A DNA stretch of 56,503 nucleotides, the filler included, from Jimgerdemannia flammicorona (taxonomy: Eukaryota): the NCBI GenBank assembly GCA_003990765.1. It is 2 parts of 2 records of this genome, joined end to end, with 100 filler letters (N's around TTAATTAATTAA, not from the genome) between each part and the next. Parts side by side here need not be neighbours in the genome. Positions count along the whole stretch, not along the records: positions 1 to 28,212 come from RBNJ01000578.1; 1 more part is not named here. One strand, written 5' to 3'. The notes beneath the pieces are model-generated. The model did not search any database. It saw only the letters and a list, made by a program, of their open reading frames with translations, and was not told where the DNA came from. Position 1 is the stretch's first letter. The number at the start of each line of letters is the position of its first letter. The position numbers and the translations under genes are program-made. This document shows, piece after piece, positions 1-11,698 of the stretch.

Positions 1-257
1 AAAAAAAGATTCTCTTTACTAAGATCTTCTTTACTAAGATTCTCTTCACTGAGATTCTCTTCACCATCTTCATTAAGACTCTCTTTACTGAGATTCTATT
101 TGTTGAGATTACTGATTTACTATCTTTACTAATTTACTGTCTTTATCAATTTGTTATCTTTACTGAGATCTGCTTCATCATCTTTACAATCTCTAATAAT
201 ATGTAAAGATAATATATAAGAGATTTTGAGTATCCCACTATATCACACTTTACTCAA

Positions 258-295
<38 letters not shown>

Positions 296-496
296 GCACT
301 TTACTCAATTACTTGTTATATTACACTTTGCTCAATTGTCTATTATATTATATTTTGCTCAATTACCTACCATTTTGCCCTTCTTTCCATTATCTACAGA
401 TTATAACTATCTTTTTTATTCTCTATCTCTCCTACTGCAAAGATAGAAGAAAAAGAAAAAGAAAATATCTACCTCTTTACTGAGATCTCCTTCACT

Positions 497-1685
497 ATAG
501 CTTCTTTCTCCGCTACCTTACCAGTCACAAGGTTTGATATGTGACCTTCTGAGTCCCCTTTCCCCTATTATTACCCCCTCTACCTCAGGTTGGTTTGCTG
601 TGCCTGTAGGGGCATGATGGGAGGAGGGCAATGGTAATGAGTTGCCCCTTTATCAGTATCAGATCGGTGCTTCCTCCACTTTTTTGCAGATTCTGGTGCC
701 TTCAGCTGCATCTGAGGTGTACCCGTTTTGGTGCAGCGCCTTCTTCCTTTTGCCGTCGCCAACAAGGTATTATCTCGGTGTGTCTCGGGCTATGTAGGAA
801 GTTGGCTGACCTTGGGCGTCAAGTGCTCAGTGTAGGTTACCTGCAGGTCTTCGGTACCTGTGGTGGGGCCCTCTGGCTTTGGCGAGCTTCCCGGTAAGTG
901 CAGTTCTGGCATAGGTGACTGCTTTTCGGGTATTGTCAGGATGGGAGGGGAGATGGCCATCACAGATAGGAGGAAGGGCAATAACAGTGAACCAGTAGGG
1001 TGCCAGACTGGGGGCAGTCATCGGGGCTGGGGCAGGTGCTGCTTCGGTGGGGCCTTTTGATTGGTACAGTACAGTTAGGTGGTAGGTGTCACTATTGGCT
1101 TCTTTTGGCAGTCAGCGGGGTTGGGCCCCAGTCGTCAGGAGGGGTCAGGAGGCCTGAGGCTACCCATTTCAGGCATCTTGGCTGTACTTAACTGGAACCA
1201 GGAGCTGACATGGCAATGTGATCGAGGCCCGCAAGCTTGAGTAGTGGAGTATTGGGGGTTTCCTCTCGCCTCATATGTAAGTCCTTTATTTACCTCGACT
1301 GGGAGAACTAGGCCCTACCCACTGTGTTGTGCTTTGATGAGAGTTTTTTCTTTGCCTGTCATTCTCTTTGGGGTGACAGGGGCTATTCTATTTGGCTCAA
1401 GCGTGGCCTTGTACATATGTTGGGTTCTCGGGCATATACTTTTGGTCGTTGGTGTATGGTTGGGTTTCCCCTGGTAGTAGGGAGAGCATGGTATACAGAA
1501 TGAGGTGCAGGTCTATCAGCCCTGCTGCACCTGGCATGGTCGAGCTGCTGGACAATAGCTAGCCTAGGTTAATGGGGTGGCAGTGCTTGGTGGGTGGTGG
1601 GGGAGGGTTTTGGCCTATATAGTCTAGGTTTTCTTCCAATAAAATTCCGCGAGACATGAGTCCATTAAAAAAAAAAAAAAAAAAA
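497..1685 (+). mobile_element. Non-autonomous poly(A) retroposon, family A, full-length copy (~1.2 kb)
   Basis: AATAAA at ~1638, A-tail to 1685, 15-bp TSD GAGATCTCCTTCACT at 482-496 and 1686-1700. Homologous inverted copies at 2271-2672 and 3129-4352. Confidence 0.85.
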
Positions 1686-1784
1686 GAGATCTCCTTCACT
1701 GAGATCTCTTTCACTAAGATCTTCTTTATTATCTTTACTAAGATCTCTTTCATTAGAATCCCCTTTACTATCTTTATCAAGATT

Positions 1785-2155
1785 TAGTACTCTTAAATAA
1801 ATTGAATCAATTTGAATTGAATTGAATTGAGAGTTATTTTAATCAAATTGAATTGGAGATTTTTCAATTTGAATCAAGTTTGAATTAAATTAAATTCAAA
1901 TCAAATTGAGGATTCAATTTGAACTCTATTTTTTGAAATATAATTACTCAATGAAACTATATCCAAATTTAACAATCTTTAGCTTGTTAGATTCTCCTTA
2001 TATAGAGAAATCTAATATACTAAAGATTATTAAATTTGAATATATTTTTATCAAGTTATCACATTTTAAAAAATAGAGTTCAAATTAAATCTCAAATCAA
2101 ATTGAATCTTTGATTTAATTCAAATTGATCTTTAATTTAATTATTAGAAGTACTA
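1785..2155. mobile_element. Decayed hAT-type MITE
   Basis: Termini TAGTACTC...GAAGTACTA with ATTGA/TTCAA subterminal repeats. Reverse-complement homolog of the MITE at 50621-51044. Flanks TCAAGATT/CTAAGACT differ only by C/T transitions, consistent with a decayed 8-bp TSD. Confidence 0.75.
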
Positions 2156-2270
2156 CTAAGACTCTATTCACTAGAATCCCCTTTGCTATCTTTATCAAGA
2201 TTCTCTTTACTGAGATCTCCTTCACTGTCTTTACCAAGACTCTATTTACTAGAATCCTCTTTGTCATCTT

Positions 2271-2672
2271 TTTTTTGTTTTATAGACTCATGTCCCACAG
2301 ATTTTTATTGGAAGGGAACCTAGACTATATAGGCCAAAACCCTCCCCCACCACCCACCAAGCACTGCCCCTCCATTAACCTAGGCTAGCTATTGTCCAGC
2401 AGCTCGACTATGCCAGGCGCAGCAGGGCTGATAAGCCCATATCTCATTCTGTACACCATACTCTCCCTATCACCAGGGGAAATCCAACCATACACCAACG
2501 ACCGAAAGCACATACCTGAGAACCCAATGTATGTACAAGGCCATGCCTGAGCCGAATAGAATAGCCCCTGTCACCCCAAAGAGAATGACAGGCAAATAAA
2601 AACCCTTATCAAAGCACAACACAGTGGATAGGGCCTGGTTTTCCCAGTTGAGGTGAGTAAAGGACTTATATG
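2271..2672 (-). mobile_element. 5'-truncated retroposon family A copy
   Basis: Reverse complement of the 3' ~400 nt of 497-1685, with a degraded T-tract. 16-bp TSD TCCTCTTTGT(C/T)ATCTT at 2255-2270 and 2673-2688. Confidence 0.85.
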
Positions 2673-2929
2673 TCCTCTTTGTTATCTTCATCAAGATCTC
2701 TTTTACTACCTTTACTAATTCACTATCTTTATTGATCTATATTACTTTACTCAATCATTTATCATATCATACTTTACTCAATTGTCTGCTATATTGTACT
2801 TTGCTTAATCATCTATCATTTTGCTCTTCTCTTCATTATCTACAAATTACAACTATCTTCCTTACTCTCTACCTCTTCTACTATAAAGATAGAAAAAAAA
2901 GAAGAAAAAAAAAATACCTACCTCTTTAC

Positions 2930-3125
2930 CAAGATCTCCTCTACTAAGATCTCCTTTACTAAGATCCTCTTTACTGAGATTTCCTTTACTGAGATCTCCT
3001 TTACTAAGATCCTCTTTACTGAGATCTTCTTTACTAAGATCTTCTTTATTAATATCCTCTTTACTGAGATCCTCTTTGCTAAGATCTCCTTTGCATCTTC
3101 ACCAAAATTCCCTCATTGAGATTCT
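2930..3125. repeat. Degenerate ~15-bp tandem repeat (GAGATCTCCTTTACT); the same repeat occupies 1-200, 1686-1780 and 2156-2260
   Basis: Repeated TTTACT(A/G)AGAT(C/T)(C/T)(C/T)C units. The flanking 226-480 block is duplicated at ~2732-2940. Confidence 0.8.
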
Positions 3126-3128
<3 letters not shown>

Positions 3129-3162
<34 letters not shown>

Positions 3163-4352
3163 GGACTCAAGTCCCGCAGATTTTATTGGAAGGGAACCTA
3201 GACTATATAGACCAAAACCCTCCCCCACCACCCACCGAACAATATCCCCCCATTAACCTAGGCTACTAAATTATCCAGCAGTCCCACTGCTCTAGCTATG
3301 CCTGTCAAACACTGGCTATGTCGACCCCCATGACATATACTAGACTTGTCTGCTCACTAGAGCTGGATCATTGTTTACATACAAAAGCACACCTATGTAT
3401 GTGTCAGATCTAGCAGTGCCAGAACTGAATAAAGAATAGCCCCCCGAACCTCAAAAGAAAGCCTGAGGCAAAGAAAAAACCCCCCAACTAACCAACAGAG
3501 AGCAAAGTAGATTCGAAGTAGATGAGTAAAGGACTTACATACAGCACCTTCCTCAAAAGACTTATATATAGGCTAGGGCCTAAAAAGACCCCACTCCCAC
3601 TCTCTGAGCCTGTGGGCCTTGATCATATTGCTATATCAGCTCCCAGTTCCAGTTGGGTACTACCAAATGAGGAAGGCCCCACTCTCCAAGTCTGTGGGCC
3701 TCAATCATATTGCTGTGTCAGCTCTCAGTTCCAGTTGGGTACAGCCAGGACACCAGCCCCTGTACCACCCCACCCCCCACCAGCCAATCAAAAGGCCCCA
3801 TCAAAATATTGTCTGCCCCAGCCCTGATGACCACCCCCAGCCTAGCACCCCACTGGTTCACCATTATCATCTATCCTCCTATCTGTGATGGCCATCTCCC
3901 CTCCTATCCTAACAACACCCAAAGAAAACAGTCATCTACACCTGAACTGCACTCACTGGGAAGCTTGTCAAAGCCAGAGGGCCCCACCACAGACACTGAG
4001 GACCTGCAGGTAACCTACACTGAGTACTTGATGCCCAAGGTTGGCCAACTCCCTACATAATCCATAATGCAGTGAGGCAGTACCTAGTTGGTGATGGCAA
4101 AAGGAAGAAGGTGCTGCACTAAAATGAATATACTCTAGATACAGCTGAAGGCACTAGAAACCACGAAAAAGTGGAGAAGACACTGATCGGACACCAATAA
4201 AGGGGTAACTCAATATCATTGCCCTCCTCCCACTATGCCCATGCAAGCATAGCAAATCAACCTGATGTAGAGGGGATAATAATAGGGGAAAGGAGACTCA
4301 GAAGATTGCCTACCAAATCTTGTAACTGGTAAGGTAGCAGAGAAAGGGGCAT
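3129..4352 (-). mobile_element. Retroposon family A, diverged full-length copy
   Basis: T-tract 3129-3158, same 3' end and same 5' head as 497-1685. Carries an internal ~85-bp duplication at ~3610-3745. Confidence 0.8.
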
Positions 4353-4399
4353 ACAGATCTCTTTAAGTATCTGAAGATTCTCTTAATAGTACTCTAATG

Positions 4400-5940
4400 T
4401 AAATTATTATAGCAGAAGGAATACTGTACTACTATATTCATAGTATATGATATGTCTGATCTTATTTCTTGTATAAGATATATAAGAGAACTGATCACTT
4501 ACTGATAGAGAATGTTTTTGTCATTATCTTTAATACTATTTTTGGTAGATATATTGTCATTATTCTTGGGTATAGTGTTCAGCTTTCTTAATTTTACAGA
4601 AGTATCTATAGGAGTGTCAATGGACTTATATTTACTTATATTAAAACATTCAAGAATTGTTTAAGTATATATTACTTATGAGAGATATATAGTATATATA
4701 TTTCTGTCATATATAATGGATATCTCCAAAAGGAAAAATATATTATCTATATTAGTTATCTTGAATTTTTTGAATTTATCTATAGCTTACTCTTTGCTAA
4801 TAGAAAGTATATATATACTTTATATATATAATCATTGATAAATATAATGAAATATTTCTTCTCAAAGTATAATAGTATATATATTAGACTACAAATATCC
4901 ATATGTATAAGGTCAAGAATCCCAGATATATGCTTTAATCATTTCTTGAATAGTTATCAGAATGTTTTGTTTTCTACATATATCTTGCAAAAGCTATTCT
5001 CCAGATATATATGTATATATCAGTAATCTATTTATCAAGCCACTTTGGATCATTCTTTTAAGGCTTAATTTGCTGATATATTTTAAGTATTGATGTTATA
5101 TATTAGATATATCAAGTATAGTTATTATATACATATATAGAGACTTTTACACTATTTAGCATTATAAAGATTGCCATATTTAAAGGCTATTATTAGCTTA
5201 TTATCATCTAAAGCATATATAGTTATACTCTTTAAATATATATATATTTTTTTATTACTGTAGAATATTAACTTACCTATCAAAAAGAGGTTTTTCTGAT
5301 TTATATAATATATAGTATGTCTAGGAAGATACTGGTAGATTCTATAATATTATTATAGAGATGTATCTCTATATTTTCCTTTTCTTGAATATAGATAATA
5401 TTGTTATCTCCTAATTTGATAAATATAGAATACTTGAAGGACTCATATGTAGAGAACCATTCTCTATATAGTATTTATATATTATATGACTCTAGAATCT
5501 ATGAGTCAGATATTATTATTATTAGTGATATTAGTATTTTTGCTACTGGCAGTACTGATATCATTACTACTTTTCATTAGCTCAAAAGTATTTTATCAAT
5601 TAGAATTTATAGATAATGAGTTAGTGAATTTGGTAGTAGAACTATCATTTATATATATTACTTATATAAAGAACATACTATTATTATTAGTTTTGATAGT
5701 ATTTGTATTATTATGCTTATACTGGCTTTTTCTATGCTTATTTTTACTATTATTCTTATTATTTTTCTAGTAATAATAATAGTGCTTTCTGTATCTATAC
5801 TTGCTATAGTATTCACAGTAGTCATTATAATTGATTTATTAGATTGACTGATTGTTATTGTATTGATTTTGGGTTTGGGTTTGGGTTTATTGATCTTATT
5901 ATCTGTACTTTTGACCTTATTTAGTACTACTACCACATCT
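4400..5940 (-). mobile_element. Heavily mutated Ty1/copia LTR-retrotransposon pol remnant (protease, GAG-pre-integrase, integrase)
   Basis: Minus-strand relic motifs: '*LIDSRVI' (~WxIDSGAT protease, ~5500), 'FCKIYVENK..' (~CxxCxxGK, ~4980), 'LDLIHMDICS' (~LDLIHTDICGP, ~4900), 'KKYFIIFINDY' (~KYFxTFIDDY, ~4850). May continue at 7250-7430 and 8520-9000 beyond the inserted retroposons. Confidence 0.7.
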
Positions 5941-5969
5941 GCAGGATTTGTAGAATGTGTTTTTATTAT

Positions 5970-7237
5970 TATTATTATTATTATTATTTTTTTTTTTCTC
6001 TTTTATCCTCATTTATTAACTATCTATAACATACCACATATCCTCATACAACATCAGTAGTCCCATTCTACTCTAATCTCAACCCACTCTCAGCCTTATA
6101 CCTTTAGAGTGTGAGTTGCAATCTCACTGCCTGAGTAACTAAATCCTCCTACCCGGTCTGCCCCACCCAGTGAGTATGAGTTGTGAGCCCCAACCACCTC
6201 AAGTACTTGGCATCTAGTACATCTGACCTACCCCTATTAGTGCCTCCTGTCTTGCCCATCTAGTCTGTCTTGCCTGCCCATATTGCTTGTGTTGCCATCT
6301 TGCTGTCTTGTCCATCTTGCCTGTTTTGCCCATCTTGCCTGTCCATGTTGCCCATCTTGCCTGTATTGCCTGTGTTGCCTGCCCGTGTTGCCCATGTTGC
6401 CTGTATTGCCCATCTTGCCCATCTTGCTTGTGTTGTCCATGTTACTTATCTTGCTATCTTGCCCATCTTGCCCATCTTGCCCACCTATATTGCCCATGTT
6501 ACCCATGTTGCCCATATTGCTCGTGTTGCCTGTTTTGCCTGTTTTGCCTATTTTGCCCATCTTGCCCATATCGCCTGTCTTGCCGTCTGCCTGTCTTGCC
6601 CATATTGCCTATCTTGCCATCTTGTCTATCTTGCCCATCTTGCCCACCCATATTGCCCATATTGCCTGTGTTATCTGTATTGCCTGCCCATATTGCCCAT
6701 GTTGCCTGTATTGCCTGTGTTGCCCACCCATATTGCCTGTGTTGCCTGTATTGCCTGTTTTGCCTGTTTTGCCTGTTTTTCCCATTTTGCCTGTCTTGCC
6801 CATATCGCCTGTCTTGCTGTCTGTCCATCTTGCCCATATCACCCATCTTGCTGTCTTGCTATCTTACCCATCTTGCCTGTCTTGCCCACTTGCCCGTCTT
6901 GCCCATCTTGCCTATCTTGCCTATCTTATCCATGTCACCCATCTTGTTGTCTTGCCATCTTGCCCATCTTGCCCATCTTGCCCACTCATATTGCTCGTGT
7001 TGCCTCTGTTGCCCATGTTGCCCATGTTATCATATTGCCCATATTGCCCGTTTTGCCCATATCACCTGTCTTACCATCTGCCCATCTTGCCCATATTGCC
7101 CATCTTGCTGTCTTGCTGTCTTGCCCATCTTGCCCATCTTGCCCATATTGCCCATATTGCCCATATTACCTGTATTGCCCATGTTGCCTGTGACCTATCA
7201 AACCATTATGACTAGTAAGGTAGTGGAGAAAGGGGTA
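5970..7237 (-). mobile_element. Retroposon family B carrying a 9-bp tandem array
   Basis: 13-bp TSD GTGTTTTTATTAT at 5957-5969 and 7238-7250. AATAAA followed by an A/(TAA)n tail on the minus strand. Its 5' ~45 nt match the family A head. Confidence 0.8.
6241..7190. repeat. Degenerate 9-bp minisatellite (TTGCCCATC / TTGCCTGTN)
   Basis: About 950 bp of directly visible 9-mer variants. Confidence 0.95.
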
Positions 7238-7444
7238 GTGTTTTTATTATCTTTGGCACTATTTCCTTAGTATATTTTCTTATTTATAAGACTCATTATT
7301 ATGTAAGTATAGTCTATGAGTCTACTGCTTTTATATATAGCTGTGATAACAATATTATATATATCTAGAAGTTCTCTTATAAGTGCTATAATATTTTCTT
7401 CATTGTTAATGCAATCTATAGATATACTGAGAGAATATACTTGA

Positions 7445-8504
7445 GGGGCTGGGTTCCCTTGCTGCAGAAGGTATGGGAGAGGCAGACATCACCAAGAGGC
7501 TTGACTGGTGATCTTCTTTCATTAGTTGGGCTTCAGAATACTGGGCAACTGCGATATAAAGGCTTCTGGTAGGGGATAGCTGAGGGGGCACACTGCATTG
7601 GTATTTGCTGGCAAGGAGATGAGGGGGAGAGGGCTTGGGGCCCGGTGATGTGGAGATGAGATGGCATTCTTCTGGGAGGCATGCCTTTACTGGAATTCAA
7701 TATTAGTGATGGAATCAAATGCCAAAGAGGACCAGGCCAGGATCTGTGGCCTAGTAGTTGGCAAGGAGTCAGAATTGGTGAGGAGTGGAACTGGCAGAGG
7801 GTTTGGACCTGGAGTGCCATGGTGAAAAATTAGATGCCACTGAAGTACTGGGTGGTCTGATGATGTGTACTGAGGAGGAATGTGATGCTTAACTTCTGCT
7901 TAGGACACCTCATTGTAGGGGGCTGCTTTGACTGTGAGGAGTGCCATAATGTAGGGCAGGAAGGGGGATTTGTACAGATGCCAGAACATTGGCTTGGGGA
8001 GTGTGAGGTGTTGGGTGACTTTTGGCAGGCCATTGGGGACTGCTTGGAGGTAAGGTGTAGGGGTGATGATGTATGGGAGAGGTGAGAGGATCTGAGGGAT
8101 TGATTGATAGGAGGGGTAGGAGAGGAGTGGATTACTCTAGGCTGGGCATTGGCTATTTGGGTTGGGCTGGCCAGTCACTGGCTATTTGTATTTGAGAAGG
8201 AGAGGTGACAGAGCTTGGGGAGCCAGTTATCACATTGGCAGTACCTTATGGAGGATATCTTAACAGGCTGGTGGCTTGGTTGGGGGCTGCAGGGGGGTCG
8301 GAGGTGCTGCTTGGTGGTGAAAATCTGTGGTCAGAGTGGTGGGAGAGTTGGAGTGGTTGGTGAGAGGGTGGTCTTTACATGTGAAGAGGTGGGGAGGGGT
8401 CCCCCGATAGAGATAGGGTAGAGGGTGGTGTTATTGTATACTTATTCATAGACTGGTAATAAAGATAGAGTTCAAGAGACTATAAAAAAAAAAAAAAAAA
8501 AAAA
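7445..8504 (+). mobile_element. 5'-truncated LINE (ORF2 C-terminal zinc-knuckle region plus 3' UTR)
   Basis: 16-bp TSD GAGAGAATATACTTGA at 7429-7444 and 8505-8520. AATAAA plus A-tail. Relic 'CEEC...PEHWLGECEVLGDFW' resembles the zf-RVT CCHC motif. Confidence 0.85.
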
Positions 8505-10115
8505 GAGAGAATATACTTGATTTACTAGATCATTAATATAACTAGTATATTTGCAGATACTTTCCTTAAGCTTTATTTATAGATTGAATAGCTGAGATTT
8601 CAGATAAAATTAATTTGATACAGATGTTTACAGGTGATAATTGCATAAGATCTCCCATATCTTATGAGCTATTATAGTATGTATTATAATATAAATATGA
8701 TCTCACATAATACTTGGTAATTATTTATAATATCATAGTCTTGAATCAGTGCTTATAGCTTTATATACTCTATTAAGCCACATTTATCAAGGAGATTCAT
8801 TATATGGAATGTCCAGATTGTGTAATCTTTTCTATTGAAGATCAGGATAGATTTCTTGGCTGTATTTACACTTACAACTAAGACTATATTTCCCATACCT
8901 ATTGTAGTTACACCTGTGAAAATGGCATGTCCATATTACTATGCTGATTGTCTGGCATTTCTAGCATAGTGTATATTAAAGAGGTATGTTTTTCTTTTGC
9001 TATAGCTGCTTAGCACTTGTGGGGCTCATAACCTTTGTTGTAAAAGAGGTCGATTTTATTGAAGTTGCTTAGGTCGCATATTTCACGTGTTACTGATGAA
9101 TGACGTAAAACTGATGAAATGGCGTAATCACGTGTTGACATATCGAGTTGCCATCCCAACACAAGCAGACCTTACCTACTTTAGAGCAAATGGCGTAGCA
9201 CGGCCCCATACCGAAATGGAGCCGAGTTGTCCGATTTGGAGCGTACGACTCCAATTCGACTCTGACGGTCGATTCATGTGTGTGGCTCGGATGAATGTAA
9301 GGCTCACTCCGATTAGGATCGTACGATTCCAATAAAGATAGGCCCTGTCACATGTAATTACCGATCGGGTCTCCCACTCAGACAATATTGTTCTGCTTCG
9401 GACGTCTTGCGTTATAAACAATTCAAGATTGGCAGGGATGACCTTCGAGGCGTTATTACTATTATCCTAGTGGAATTTTGGCTATACGTACCATGGGTGT
9501 TTGTGCAGGTGGAAATACGTTCAATGGGGAGAACCCGCTCTCACTTAAATTTTTGGCTTGGTGAAGTTTTCGTGTTACCGCCTCAGAATACGCTTCGGCT
9601 TTGCTCTACAAAAGTACGACAAGGCGGAGCCGATGTACGAATGAGTGCCGGTAATTCATGAGAAAAAAAAATGCAGGTAATAATAGTCAACAGGGGTGTA
9701 ACGAGTGTCGAAGTGAACGTCACGAGTAATTAGAACTTCGTTCTTTCGGACGTTGAAGGCAAATAATCCCCATTTCACGTTTTTCGTCGGCCATAAAGGC
9801 AAGAGATGTTCGTCCGTTTTGAAGAGAACAAAGCAAGCGCCAAAATTCTTGAAACACCGTGAAAATCTTTTTTTATGTTGGCTATTAATCATTATTGGAA
9901 GATTCATCCGTTGCTTTTCATATGCATTTGCATTGTTAGGGAAGCATTCGAAGAGAGGACAGTATAAACGATCATTGTGAATTAGTTATATAGCTGGTAA
10001 TTTTACACAAATGTAGGCGGATACTATTAGATTCAAATTATTGTACTCTTTCACTATGGAATGCTCGTTGCCATGTCGCAGACTTTGCAAAATGACAAAA
10101 ATGTTATTAACAATA

Positions 10116-10191
<76 letters not shown>

Positions 10192-10762
10192 AAACTGAAC
10201 AAATATGACTTTCACATTGGACTTGCATGTCATAATCATGGCAATGACCTGACATGCAAACATCGCCAGAATTTGCCAGGTATATATAAACGTTATGCTT
10301 TTATTGTAGAAGGTAGTGATTTCTGTGCTATAATTGGTATTAGCTATATTGAATCGCACTGTTTTTTGAAATAAACCATCAACCCATTAATGTAAATCAA
10401 CAAAGACGGATGCGCTAACAGAGCTTGCAGAATTAAAGATATTTAACTTGTAGGAATCACGGTCGCGATCAGGAAAATATAGAAGGACATGCCTTGCAAA
10501 GGAGGAAGCATGCCAGATGGTCGTATCAAGGGACGCTTAAGTCGAGAGCAGGGAGACAGAATGTTGGCATTTATGGAAGAACATCCAGACATTTCTCCGT
10601 TAACGCAAAGACTGCTAAAAGCAGCGCTTCCGTATATTTGCGGACAAATATTCAATTATTTGTATATAATTTATTGACCCAACAGAAATATACTTATGGA
10701 TATTGAAAATGGAAAAGGCTTAAAAGCTGGTAACAAATTTGTGACAACTGCAAGGTGATTAC

Positions 10763-10815
<53 letters not shown>

Positions 10816-11698
10816 TTTTTTTTTTTTTTTTTTTTTGTTTATCTGCCACAAAGAAAGATTCTCTTGGCTTGGCTTAAATAGCAAGTATGTCTATGGTGGT
10901 GGGGATGGTTAAGCAAGCAGGATAGTCGTAGCACAGGTAAGTAGTGATTGGAGAAGCTGGTGTGTGCACGAAGGGAGAGGTGTGACGACACTCGAGAGCG
11001 TGGTGCGGAGGGTAAGGCGTCCATATGTATATATGAAACTCTACGTAATTATATGTGTGCTAAACGTTGCCCAAACTTGGCCCATTGTTATTAAGATGTA
11101 CAACCTGAATGTCTACCAACTGCGGACGCGAGGACACATCCATCACGTGCGACGGATGATCAACATATTCTCATTCATCGAGTAACCGAAGCATCAGATT
11201 TTAAGAATACCAGGTGAGTCGAAGACTTTATTTTTCAAGTCGTATATATTTAAAAATAGAATCCTGAGCCCGTTTCTCATTCCATCACAAAGAGATGGCC
11301 CCTGCGAAACGTGCATCAAGTATCAGCAATACGATGGGAAGAGAAAGAAATACTAAATATTGACCCTCTCCGCTGATTCTAAGCACCGAGTTGTGTATTT
11401 TGAACCGAACGGAATTAGCGCCAAGCCACCGACTCAGCATAAGATGCTCGAAGCCCGTTGATCAATTCTTTTCCTTGTCATTTGAGTATTACGATGACCA
11501 TTGTAAATAGATGTCGGGGAAAATCTCTATATTGCAATATTTTAATTTTATTTCATGTTTGTGGAGTAATGAGAAAACCCTCTCTGGATCGTTTTCTCTT
11601 GTCTTATAACGTGGTAAAAAAATACAAATATACTGCTAGAACAAACCATTCGACGTCAATTACTCGGTCAGCATTGTACATTGACCAAAATACCAAGT

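Noticed and set aside
6237..7270. Three overlapping >300-aa ORFs (Cys/Pro/Leu/His-rich)
   Set aside because: They result from a stop-poor 9-bp minisatellite that is open in several frames on both strands.
9986..10359. Poly-Phe/poly-Lys ORFs (also at 226, 21793, 21878, 28071, 49397)
   Set aside because: These are translations of A/T homopolymers whose lengths differ between paralogous sites and may be partly sequencing artefacts.
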